Positions 9,574 to 17,363 of a stretch of 24,000 bases of DNA are shown here, piece by piece; the stretch's first letter is position 1, and every line of letters begins with the position of its first letter. The position numbers and the translations under genes are program-made. Origin of the DNA: Exiguobacterium flavidum (GTDB taxonomy: Bacteria; Bacillota; Bacilli; Exiguobacteriales; Exiguobacteriaceae); NCBI RefSeq assembly GCF_003344535.1, contig NZ_QPKS01000006.1:41690-65689 (forward strand), in the 5' to 3' direction. The notes below the pieces were generated by a model. It was not told the origin of the DNA. It was given only the letters and a program-made list of their open reading frames with translations, and made no database searches.

Positions 9574-10242
9574 CTATTGCATGCTGACGAGCAGCGATTC
9601 GACGATCAAGTGCCATCCATCGACCAGGATGAACAGCAAGAGCTTGAACGGTAAAGCGATCATGACCGGCGGCAACATCATCATCCCCATCGACATCAGG
9701 ACGCTCGAGACGACCATGTCGATGACGAGAAACGGGATGAAGATCATGAAGCCGATCTGAAAGGCCGTCTTCAGCTCGCTGATCGCATAAGCCGGTACGA
9801 TGGCGACGAGCGGGATATCTTCAACCTTTTCAGGTTTTTCATACTTGCCGTACTTCAAGAACAGTTCAAGATCATTCGAGCGGGTATGCTTCGCCATGAA
9901 TCGCTTCATGATGTCTCCTGCTTCGTCGAACGCCTCATTCTGCGAGATATCGTTGTTCATGTATGGCTTCAGCGCCTGCGTATTCAAGTCGCTGATGATA
10001 GGCGACATGACGAACAGCGTGATGAAGAGGGCGAGACCGATGAGCAGCTGGTTCGGCGGCGTCTGTTGTGTCCCGAGTGCTGACCGCACGAACGAGAGTA
10101 CGACGACGACGCGCGTGAAGCATGTCATCAGGATGAGCAGCGAAGGTGCGAGCGACAAGAGCGTCAGCAGCACGAGCAGTTTGACCGAGGTCGCCGTACC
10201 TGAAGGCGTATCGAGTGAAATCAAGCTTTCGATCGTGTTCAT
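9574..10242 (-). CDS. fliP: Flagellar export apparatus protein FliP
   Basis: 222 aa with conserved FliP segments ([38 protein letters not shown]). The ATG overlaps the fliO TGA. Confidence 0.95.
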   Translation of the reverse strand: [222 protein letters not shown]

Positions 10243-10727
10243 TCGCGACCTCGATTCTGGAACTGTTCGAGCTGCGCCTTGAACGTCTCGACGAATGGTG
10301 AGTTCCTTTTCGTCTCGACTGTAGGCGCATCTTCAGCCATCGATGCCCATTCGAGATCATCCTCGATCGTATCGATGAGCTCGACGTTCTGCCCTACCCC
10401 TACTACATAGATTTTCCCTTGAACCCGAACGAGCTGGACGGAACGGTCCTTCCCGAGCGGTACTCCGCCGAGATGGGCCATCTTCCCAGTCTCTCTTACG
10501 CCGCGCGTCCGCTCGTTCAGCCAACGGACGACGAGCAGGAACCCGCCGAGCAGGACTGCGAGCGTGACGACTACCTTGATGATGGTGACGAACGTCGACG
10601 ACCCTTCGACCTGTTCTGTTGTCGGTTCACTCTTCTTGTTGTTCAGCATCTCATCGACCGTCTCTGCCTGTGCCGGGGCACTGAGCAGAAACAGGATGAG
10701 ACAGGTCAGAAAGGTCAATTTCTTCAT
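10239..10727 (-). CDS. fliO: FliO-family flagellar export protein (FliZ of B. subtilis nomenclature)
   Basis: 162 aa. N-terminal signal-like peptide (LLSAPAQA), one TM helix and a FliO-like core (LGGVPLGKDRSVQLVRVQGKIYVVGVGQNVELI). Lies between cheY and fliP as in B. subtilis. Confidence 0.75.
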   Translation of the reverse strand: MKKLTFLTCLILFLLSAPAQAETVDEMLNNKKSEPTTEQVEGSSTFVTIIKVVVTLAVLLGGFLLVVRWLNERTRGVRETGKMAHLGGVPLGKDRSVQLVRVQGKIYVVGVGQNVELIDTIEDDLEWASMAEDAPTVETKRNSPFVETFKAQLEQFQNRGRE

Positions 10728-11089
10728 GACGATACTGTCTTAGCAACCGCCTCGAGTACGCGGTCCGCCTGGAATGGCTTGACGATGAAGTCCTTCGCCC
10801 CTGCCTGGATGGCATCGATGACCATCGATTGCTGCCCCATTGCCGAACACATGATGATTTTCGCTGCAGGATCGAATGATTTGATTTCCTTAAGTGCCGA
10901 GATGCCATCCATTTCAGGCATCGTGATATCAAGCGTCACGAGGTCTGGCGAGAGCTCCTTATATTTCGCGACCGCGTCGCGGCCGTTTTCAGCCTCACCG
11001 ACCACGTCATATCCATTCTTCGAGAGAATTTCCTTAATCATCATTCGCATGAAAGCCGCATCATCTACAATCAAAATTTTTGTACTCAT
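10724..11089 (-). CDS. cheY: Chemotaxis response regulator CheY
   Basis: 121 aa single REC domain, very close to the B. subtilis CheY as I recall it (ILIVDDAAFMRMMIK, DITMPEMDGI, IIMCSAMGQQSMVIDAIQAGAKDFIVKPFQADRVLEA). GAGGAGG SD 7 nt upstream. Confidence 0.96.
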   Translation of the reverse strand: MSTKILIVDDAAFMRMMIKEILSKNGYDVVGEAENGRDAVAKYKELSPDLVTLDITMPEMDGISALKEIKSFDPAAKIIMCSAMGQQSMVIDAIQAGAKDFIVKPFQADRVLEAVAKTVSS

Positions 11090-11103
11090 TCCATTTCCTC
11101 CTC

Positions 11104-11139
11104 AAAACATTCGTAGTCGTTAAAACATTCGTAGTCGTT
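11104..11139. repeat. Perfect 18-bp tandem direct duplication (2 copies of AAAACATTCGTAGTCGTT, plus-strand reading) spanning the fliY stop codon
   Basis: Direct reading shows that 11104-11121 equals 11122-11139 exactly. The flanking bases break the periodicity. Confidence 0.95.
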
Positions 11140-12226
11140 CTTTTGGATTGACGATCTCAGTGATTCTGACACCGAAGTTTTCTTCGATCACGACGACTTC
11201 TCCCGTCGCGATCAGTGTGTTGTTGACGAACACGTCGACAGGTTCGCCGGCAAGCTTGTCGAGCTCGATGATCGATCCTTGCGTCAGTTCAAGCACATCC
11301 CGGACTGACTTGCGCGTCCGCCCGAGTTCGACCGTGACGTTCAACGGGACGTCATACAGCATTCCGATGTTCCCCGGCGTACCGCCTTCGACCGGACTGT
11401 CTGACAGCTGGCCGAATTCGACCGGGCTCACGTCGACTGCCGGTTTCGGCGGCGCAGGCGGAAGTTGTTCCGCTCGTTGCGGCTCCGGACTTGCCGGTTT
11501 CGCTTCAGGCTGCCGGACTGGGCTGCTCGCCGGCTTTGGCGTCTCTGACTGTTGCGTGCTCAAGCTGAAAAGCTTTTGGATCAGCTGTTTCGAGAAATCG
11601 ACCGGTGCGAGCTGGACGATCTTGGAATCGATCAGGTTTCCGATTTTCAGGTTGAACTCGATGATGACCATCTTGTCCCAAAGGTCGAAGCTGTCGACGA
11701 TGCTCTTCCCCTCTGAGAAGTCGAAAATCTCGACAGCCGGCGGTGAGATGTCGATTCGCATGGCGAAAACGGTCGACATCGATGTCGCTGCCGCTCCCAT
11801 CATCTGGTTCATCGCTTCTTGGACGGCTGAGAGTGCGATCGGTTCCATCGGGACAGACTCGTCGATGATGCCGTCTCCTCCCATCATCAAGTTCGCGATG
11901 ACGGTCGCGTCCCGTTGTGTCAGGATCAAGACGTTCTCACCTTCGAATCCTTCCGTATAACCGACGCGCAGAGCGACATGTGGAATCGGATAGCGGCTTC
12001 TCAGCTCATCCATCGAGATCATGCTGACCTGAGGCGTCGTGATCTCGACTTTTTGATTCAACAGCGCGGATAGCGCTGTCGCGGAGTTCCCTAGCGAGAT
12101 GTTACCCACTTCTCCGAGCGCATCGATTTCCATTTCGTCTAGGTTGGCTTGTTGCGTTGGTGGCGGAGTCATCGGCGCCCCGTTCAGCAACGCGTCGATT
12201 TCTTCTTGTGAAAGCATGTCGCTCAT
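11120..12226 (-). CDS. fliY: Flagellar C-ring protein FliY (CheC-like phosphatase domain fused to FliN/SpoA domain)
   Basis: ORF 11120..12241. N-terminal CheY-binding peptide (SQEEIDALLNG). Two CheC-type motifs (DALGEVGN-x22-P and SAVQEAMN-x22-P), a Pro-rich linker and a C-terminal FliN domain (VTVELGRTRKSVRDVLELTQGSIIELDKLAGEPVDVFVNNTLIATGEVVV). Start reset to the ATG at 12226, with GAGGAGG 6 nt upstream. Confidence 0.92.
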   Translation of the reverse strand: MSDMLSQEEIDALLNGAPMTPPPTQQANLDEMEIDALGEVGNISLGNSATALSALLNQKVEITTPQVSMISMDELRSRYPIPHVALRVGYTEGFEGENVLILTQRDATVIANLMMGGDGIIDESVPMEPIALSAVQEAMNQMMGAAATSMSTVFAMRIDISPPAVEIFDFSEGKSIVDSFDLWDKMVIIEFNLKIGNLIDSKIVQLAPVDFSKQLIQKLFSLSTQQSETPKPASSPVRQPEAKPASPEPQRAEQLPPAPPKPAVDVSPVEFGQLSDSPVEGGTPGNIGMLYDVPLNVTVELGRTRKSVRDVLELTQGSIIELDKLAGEPVDVFVNNTLIATGEVVVIEENFGVRITEIVNPKERLRMF

Positions 12227-12227
12227 G

Positions 12228-13211
12228 TTATTCCTCCTCAATTCGATCTAATACTTGTAAGGCGAGATGCTTCCCGTTCAGGCCTGGCCGCGCCTTAAAC
12301 ATTTTACGGTCATCGACGTATAATTCGACCGGGTCTGTCGTACGTGCCTGAAGGGCTAAGCAATCGCCTACCTCGAGGTGTAACAACTCACCAAACGAAA
12401 GTTCCGTCTGGCCAAGAACAGCTTTCAAATCGACGATCGACCCCATCAACTGAGCCTCCATCTGTTCCGTCTGGTGTTCCTCGACGGTCCGCCGCTTCTC
12501 TTGTTGCATCCAGAAATGGCTTGACAGCTTCGAGATGATCGGCTCAAGCGTGACGAATGGCAGACAGATGTTTAGCGTACCGCTCACTTCGCCTACTGTG
12601 ACATATAGAGACACGAGGATGACTGTCTCATTCGGCGAGACGAGCTGAAGAAACTGCGGATTGACCTCCAGTTCCGCATACTCCGCATCGATTTCAGCGA
12701 TCGAGTCCCAGGCACTTCCATATTGTGAGAAGGCCTTGCGGAAAAGTTGTGTCATGATGCGTGTCTCGATTTCGGTCAAGTTCTCGATTTTGTTCATCCC
12801 GAGTCCCGGTCCGCCAAGCATCCGGTCGAGCATCGCATAGGCGATGTTCGGATTGACCTCGAAGATGATGCGTCCGTCGAGCGGATGCAGATGCACGAGA
12901 TTGAGCATCGTCATGTTCGGGATGGAATGAATGAATTCGTCATAAGGCAGTTGCTCGACCGTATTGACGGTAAACTGGACGTATGTACGGAGCTGAGCAG
13001 AAAAGTATGTCGTCAGCATCCGTGCGAACTGTTCATGGATCCGCGTCAGGCTGCGCAGTTGATCCTTCGAGAAGCGAAGCGCCCGTTTGAAGTCATAGAC
13101 CTTGACGCGCCGCTCCTCCTCTTGGCTTCGTATTTCGTCGACTTCCATATCACCGCTCGAGATGGCAGAAAGCAAGGCGTCGATTTCATGTTGTGATAAG
13201 ACTTCGCTCAT
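12228..13211 (-). CDS. fliM: Flagellar motor switch protein FliM
   Basis: 327 aa. N-terminal LSQHEIDALL CheY-P binding motif, FliM middle domain and C-terminal SpoA-like domain. Confidence 0.95.
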   Translation of the reverse strand: MSEVLSQHEIDALLSAISSGDMEVDEIRSQEEERRVKVYDFKRALRFSKDQLRSLTRIHEQFARMLTTYFSAQLRTYVQFTVNTVEQLPYDEFIHSIPNMTMLNLVHLHPLDGRIIFEVNPNIAYAMLDRMLGGPGLGMNKIENLTEIETRIMTQLFRKAFSQYGSAWDSIAEIDAEYAELEVNPQFLQLVSPNETVILVSLYVTVGEVSGTLNICLPFVTLEPIISKLSSHFWMQQEKRRTVEEHQTEQMEAQLMGSIVDLKAVLGQTELSFGELLHLEVGDCLALQARTTDPVELYVDDRKMFKARPGLNGKHLALQVLDRIEEE

Positions 13212-13220
13212 GCTGACACC

Positions 13221-13670
13221 TCATTGGATGATTTTTTTCGTCGTATAGACGCGCTGGACGTCGCCCTCTTCAAGGAGTTCCTTGAACTGAACTCGAAGTT
13301 TCTCTTCAAGTCGGGCCATGTCCTGCTTTGAATCCAGGTCTTTCTTCTTCATCTCAGCAAGATTGCCGAGAATGATGTTGTGAATCTGGAACTTGCGGAG
13401 CTCGAGCTCCGTCTTCGTTTTTGCGTCGTCCGTCACGATCGTGAACTGGACGTTCAGGAATCGTTCGTCCGCGATGTTCGTCGTCAGATCGTCCGTCGCG
13501 AAACTCCGTTCAGCAAGTTCCTCGCCCGTCGGCTGCTTGACCGCCGCCTTCGGCTCTGTCTCCATCCAGAGATATTGATAGACCGCATAACCTGCGCCGA
13601 CCATCATCGCAGCGATCACGATCAAGAGCAGCGGCAGGCGCAATTTACTCTTCTTTTTCTCTTCCTCCAT
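13221..13670 (-). CDS. fliL: Flagellar basal-body-associated protein FliL
   Basis: 149 aa. Lys-rich N-terminus, a single TM helix (LPLLLIVIAAMMVGAGYAVY) and a FliL-like periplasmic part. AAGGAGG 7 nt upstream of the ATG. Lies upstream of fliM. Confidence 0.82.
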   Translation of the reverse strand: MEEEKKKSKLRLPLLLIVIAAMMVGAGYAVYQYLWMETEPKAAVKQPTGEELAERSFATDDLTTNIADERFLNVQFTIVTDDAKTKTELELRKFQIHNIILGNLAEMKKKDLDSKQDMARLEEKLRVQFKELLEEGDVQRVYTTKKIIQ

Positions 13671-13881
13671 CTTCTTGCCTCCTTCCGGCGTTCATCCGGA
13701 TCAGTCCGATTTGCTGATAAAATGCGATCGTTGCCTCCTGCACCTGCTCGATCGTCTCGCGGACGACGTACGTCTGTCCGCCGACGAGCTGGATCGTCGT
13801 GTCTGGCGTCGCACGGACCGCCTCGATCAACAAGGCATTCAGGACGATTGGCGTCCCCCTCAGCGCTGTCAGGCTGATCAT
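13645..13881 (-). CDS. swrD: FlbD-family small flagellar protein (SwrD/YlzI-like)
   Basis: 78 aa. MISLTALRGTPIVLNALLIEAVRATPDTTIQLVGGQTYVVRETIEQV matches the FlbD family pattern. The ATG overlaps the flgE TGA. The 3' end overlaps fliL by 26 nt. Confidence 0.78.
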   Translation of the reverse strand: MISLTALRGTPIVLNALLIEAVRATPDTTIQLVGGQTYVVRETIEQVQEATIAFYQQIGLIRMNAGRRQEDGGREKEE

Positions 13882-14849
13882 CGTTTCAGATTGACGAGCT
13901 CTTCTAGCACTTGGTCGGACGTCGTGATGATTCGCGTGTTCGCCTGGAATCCGCGCTGGGCGATGATCATCTCTGTGAACTCCTCAGACAAGTCGACGTT
14001 TGACATCTCGAGTGTTCCTGATGTGAGCTGACCGAGTCCACCTGCGCCTGGAGTACCCGGTACCGGCGTTCCTGAGTTCTGCGATTGCGAGAACAGGTTG
14101 ACGCCTGATTTTTCAAGACCACCCGTGTTCGAGAAGTTCGCCATCGCGATGTATCCGGCATTATTGAGCTTGCCCGCATCATCGATGAACGTAACGAGTC
14201 CGTCTTTCCCAATCGACAGGTTACGTGCCGTACTCGGAATTTCGATTCGGATATAAGGATTTCCGGGTGCAGTTCCCGTGGTATAGGTTGCGACGCCGTC
14301 TGCATCATATCCAGTAGATCCAGCAGGCTTCGATACCAAGCCCAATGATCCTGAATTAGTTGGCAGTGGGTATGCATTCCCAGTCGCATCCTTGACCGCA
14401 TCGGCCTTTACTTTTCCAGCACCAGCTGCAACCGCTTTTACCCCGATCAAGTAATTTCCGTCACCTGTCACGAGATTCCCCTCGAGGTCCGTATAGAAGT
14501 TTCCTGAACGCGTGAACTGGAGTCCGTCCGCCGTCATGACCTGGTAGAACCCTTCACCGGAGATTCCGATGTCGAGCGTGCGGCCCGTGTTCTGGAGCGC
14601 CCCTTGGTTGAAGACGTTGTCTACCGTCGCCATCGAGGCACCGAGACCGACTTGTTTCGGGTTCGTCCCGCCGACTCCGCCGCCTGCACCGGATGCAGAT
14701 CCGACCGATTGGTTGACGAGGTCTTTGAAGGTGACGCGGCCTTTTTTGTAGCCGAACGTATTGACGTTCGCGATGTTGTTACCGACGACGTCGAGCTTAG
14801 ACTGGAAGTTCTTCAGTCCACTGATTCCTGAGTACATAGAACGCAACAT
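13878..14849 (-). CDS. flgE: Flagellar hook protein FlgE
   Basis: 323 aa. Conserved rod/hook N-terminus (MLRSMYSGISGLKNFQSKLDVVGNNIANVNTFGYKK) and C-terminus (LEMSNVDLSEEFTEMIIAQRGFQANTRIITTSDQVLEELVNLKR). AAGGAGG 8 nt upstream. Confidence 0.92.
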   Translation of the reverse strand: MLRSMYSGISGLKNFQSKLDVVGNNIANVNTFGYKKGRVTFKDLVNQSVGSASGAGGGVGGTNPKQVGLGASMATVDNVFNQGALQNTGRTLDIGISGEGFYQVMTADGLQFTRSGNFYTDLEGNLVTGDGNYLIGVKAVAAGAGKVKADAVKDATGNAYPLPTNSGSLGLVSKPAGSTGYDADGVATYTTGTAPGNPYIRIEIPSTARNLSIGKDGLVTFIDDAGKLNNAGYIAMANFSNTGGLEKSGVNLFSQSQNSGTPVPGTPGAGGLGQLTSGTLEMSNVDLSEEFTEMIIAQRGFQANTRIITTSDQVLEELVNLKR

Positions 14850-14850
14850 G

Positions 14851-15333
14851 TTATTTTTCCTCCTTGAGTGTGATTTCGTTCAGTTCATAGACGCTGACCA
14901 GCTCACCATTTCCGAGCTCGGCGATGACATCCACTCCGTCCCGTTTGACGCTCAGGACGTTCGATGTCCCGCTGACCGTCTTCGTCGATTCGTTTCCCTG
15001 GTCATCGACCTCCGTCGTCTCGTATTCATATGAGACGTTCTTGCCGATCAGATTGCTGTAGGAGAGAAGACTTCCGGCATGTTGATTCAGGTTCATCGTC
15101 TCGATGCCCTTTCCGATCGCCTGCATCTGCTCGAGCGAGGAGAATTGAGCCATCTGTGCGATGAACTCCTTGTCCTCCATCGGCGCAGTCGGATCCTGGT
15201 TCGACAGCTGGGCGATGAGTAGCTTCATGAACATGTCCTTGTCCATCTTATTCGTCGGCGCCGCCTGCTCTTTCTCCGGCAAGCGGTAGCTCTCAATCGA
15301 TTTCGCGACTGACGGGTTGATATTAGTCATCAT
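14851..15333 (-). CDS. flgD: Flagellar hook capping/assembly protein FlgD
   Basis: ORF 14851..15471. FlgD motif ([39 protein letters not shown]). Start reset to the ATGATG at 15333/15330 (MMTNINPSV), with GAGGAGGAAGAGG immediately upstream. The upstream 46 codons are Arg-rich and lie inside fliK. Confidence 0.82.
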   Translation of the reverse strand: MMTNINPSVAKSIESYRLPEKEQAAPTNKMDKDMFMKLLIAQLSNQDPTAPMEDKEFIAQMAQFSSLEQMQAIGKGIETMNLNQHAGSLLSYSNLIGKNVSYEYETTEVDDQGNESTKTVSGTSNVLSVKRDGVDVIAELGNGELVSVYELNEITLKEEK

Positions 15334-16366
15334 CCTCTTCCTCCTCGCTCTCCTGGTCGGCTTGCTGTTCCTGATGCTCGGCATCTCGTCTTCGGTCGTC
15401 GAAAGTCTCACGTCCGAAATCCTTGACGTTCGAGGCGACGATCCCCGTCTCGATTCGTGTCTGCGGTGCATGTTGTTGAAGCATTTGCTGCAGTTTTCCT
15501 AGTTGCTGCTCGATTGCCTGTTTGACGGATTCCGTCGCCGTGAACAGTTTGACCGTCAGCTCGCCATCTTTTCTTTCCAGCTGAACGACGAGTTCACCAA
15601 GCTGCTCCGGATACAGACGGATCGACAGGCGTGTCGTCCCGTCTCTTCCCTGCGTGAATGGTGCTTTCGCTAAGGCAGCCTCGATCTTTGCGCGAAGACG
15701 ATCGTCAAAGCGCGGATCGTTCAGATCGAGTGCTTCCTTTGCCGGTCTTTGCGCAGTCACCTGCATCTCAGTCTTCGCTTCTCCTCTGCTTACAAGGCCG
15801 ATTGAGTCCTCGGTGTCCGGTGCCGTCTCCGGTTCGTTCGTCGCCTTCTCTAACACAGTGCTATCCTTAACCCGCGGCGTGTTGAGGGAGACGGTAGGCA
15901 TCATCCTTGCGGTCTCTTTCGCGGGCTCCTTTATTGCAGTCTCCCGCTTTGGCGCAAGGACGTTCGTGATGATCGCCGGAAGCGCCTCTTTGATTTGAAG
16001 TGGAAGTCGCTCGAGCGTCTCGAGACTTCCTGCGATTTCTCCTTGCTCGACTTGATGGAGCCACTCGATCACGTCTTCGACGGATTCCGGCTCTTGATCA
16101 AGGAGCAGCTGGAGCTCTGGTGTATCGAGCAGTTGCTTCGCAAGACCGGGTTTCCCTTCAATTTCACTCATGAGTGCGATGAGCTGATCATTTGATGTTT
16201 CGCCTTCAGATTCTTTGGGAATCAATTGTGGTATCAGGTCGCTCTGTGGCGAGATCGATGTCAATAATTGAAGCATCGACGCGAACTGACCGGCAGGTTG
16301 CCCGGCAGATGGTCCCTTCTTAGTTGTCGTCTCTGCTGTCTGTTGGATGGGTTGGATCGTATTCAC
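15323..16366 (-). CDS. fliK: Flagellar hook-length control protein FliK
   Basis: 347 aa. Low-complexity N-terminal and central region, a C-terminal Flg_hook-type domain ([52 protein letters not shown]) and an acidic tail. GTG start at 16366 preceded by GGAGGAGGAG. Lies between ylxF and flgD. Confidence 0.78.
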   Translation of the reverse strand: MNTIQPIQQTAETTTKKGPSAGQPAGQFASMLQLLTSISPQSDLIPQLIPKESEGETSNDQLIALMSEIEGKPGLAKQLLDTPELQLLLDQEPESVEDVIEWLHQVEQGEIAGSLETLERLPLQIKEALPAIITNVLAPKRETAIKEPAKETARMMPTVSLNTPRVKDSTVLEKATNEPETAPDTEDSIGLVSRGEAKTEMQVTAQRPAKEALDLNDPRFDDRLRAKIEAALAKAPFTQGRDGTTRLSIRLYPEQLGELVVQLERKDGELTVKLFTATESVKQAIEQQLGKLQQMLQQHAPQTRIETGIVASNVKDFGRETFDDRRRDAEHQEQQADQESEEEEDDD

Positions 16367-16381
16367 CTGACTCCTCCTCCC

Positions 16382-16921
16382 TCAATTCGCTATCAGTTGC
16401 GTCAAGGCAGCCGCTTTCTTCGGATCCATCTTTCCAATGATCTCGGCTTGCGTCTCAGCGTCGACGTCCTCAAGGATGGCCACGACCTCGGTCGGGCTAA
16501 GCTCATTGAGAATCATAGCCGCCTGCTTCGGTGCCATCTCAGAATAGACGTCTGTCACCGTCGCTTGCTTCTTTTCTTCAACTGTCTCTTCCGCTGCCGG
16601 AGCTGCGCTCTCGGTCGGAGTCTTCTTCAACCGGTCGCGCTCGGCGATCAGTCGGACGACTTCCTGTTCTTTCGCTTTCAGGATATTCGTCTGATCTGCC
16701 AGCTTCGTCCGCAGTTTCTTGATTTCCGCGTTCGCGATCTTCAAGCGTTCATCATCATTGTCGTTTGATTCAATCGTCGCAGTCTGATCAATCGGCAAGG
16801 CGAACAACGGTCTGCCGTTCGCGTAGTTGAGTACTACATACACAGCCAGCAGGATCAGGACGAGCGGGATGATGATCAGTGGGATGAGCCACTGTTTTGA
16901 TGTCTTTGACTCGTTGTTCAT
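16382..16921 (-). CDS. ylxF: YlxF/FlbB-like flagellar operon protein (N-terminal TM helix, coiled coil, MgtE_N-like C-terminal domain)
   Basis: 179 aa. TM helix WLIPLIIIPLVLILLAVYVVL, a charged coiled-coil segment and a C-terminal AAMILNELSPTEVVAILEDVDAETQAEIIGKMDPKKAA resembling the MgtE intracellular N domain. Lies between fliJ and fliK as ylxF does in B. subtilis. The ATG overlaps the fliJ TGA. Confidence 0.68.
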   Translation of the reverse strand: MNNESKTSKQWLIPLIIIPLVLILLAVYVVLNYANGRPLFALPIDQTATIESNDNDDERLKIANAEIKKLRTKLADQTNILKAKEQEVVRLIAERDRLKKTPTESAAPAAEETVEEKKQATVTDVYSEMAPKQAAMILNELSPTEVVAILEDVDAETQAEIIGKMDPKKAAALTQLIAN

Positions 16922-17355
16922 GATGTCCGTCCTCTTCCGAACTGCAGTAAAGCGAGTTCATCTAATTGTTCTTGTTCGAGCAGTCCGGCAGCGATGCGCT
17001 CGTATTCGAGCTTATTCTCCTGGAGCCGGGTGAACTTCTTCTCCTCGATCATCGCCGTCTTCAACTCTCCCTGCGCCCGCTCATACTGATTGCGAGCTTG
17101 CGTCACGAACAGTTGTTGCCGTTCGATCTGCTGTTTGACGACGTCCCTTGCCCGCTCCCGGTACTGGGAGATCGCAAGTTCCACTTTCCCCGTCTCGTTT
17201 TGAGCCTTCTGGAACGTCTCGTACCGGACGAGCAGGTGATACAGCTTTTCGACTTCCTGCTCATACCGTTTCTTTTTTTCCGCCGTCGCCTTCGCGACGC
17301 GGTCCTTTTCCGCTTCCGCCAAGGGAATGATTCGTTCGTAGATCGTCTTCACCAT
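16918..17355 (-). CDS. fliJ: Flagellar export chaperone/stalk protein FliJ
   Basis: 145 aa, highly charged and predicted coiled coil, directly downstream of fliI. AAGGAGG overlaps the fliI stop. The call rests mainly on size, composition and synteny. Confidence 0.75.
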   Translation of the reverse strand: MVKTIYERIIPLAEAEKDRVAKATAEKKKRYEQEVEKLYHLLVRYETFQKAQNETGKVELAISQYRERARDVVKQQIERQQLFVTQARNQYERAQGELKTAMIEEKKFTRLQENKLEYERIAAGLLEQEQLDELALLQFGRGRTS

Positions 17356-17363
17356 GGACCTCC

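Noticed and set aside
9935-10360. Same-strand alternative-frame ORFs over 130 aa inside real genes (9935-10360 in fliP/fliO, 13967-14401 in flgE, 19441-19854 in fliG, 23368-23673 in codY).
   Set aside because: They are fully embedded in well-supported genes. Their products are Arg/Ser-rich and they have no SD. They are frame-shifted artefacts of codon composition, not overlapping genes.
10419-11960. Two long plus-strand ORFs (10419-11123, 234 aa; 11148-11960, 270 aa) that might suggest antisense genes.
   Set aside because: They lie exactly opposite fliO/cheY/fliY, which are unmistakable by sequence. Their products are Ser/Thr/Pro/Arg-rich low-complexity strings with no recognisable motifs and no SD. 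These are typical shadow ORFs of a codon-biased, moderate-GC genome. The same applies to the other plus-strand ORFs in the track.
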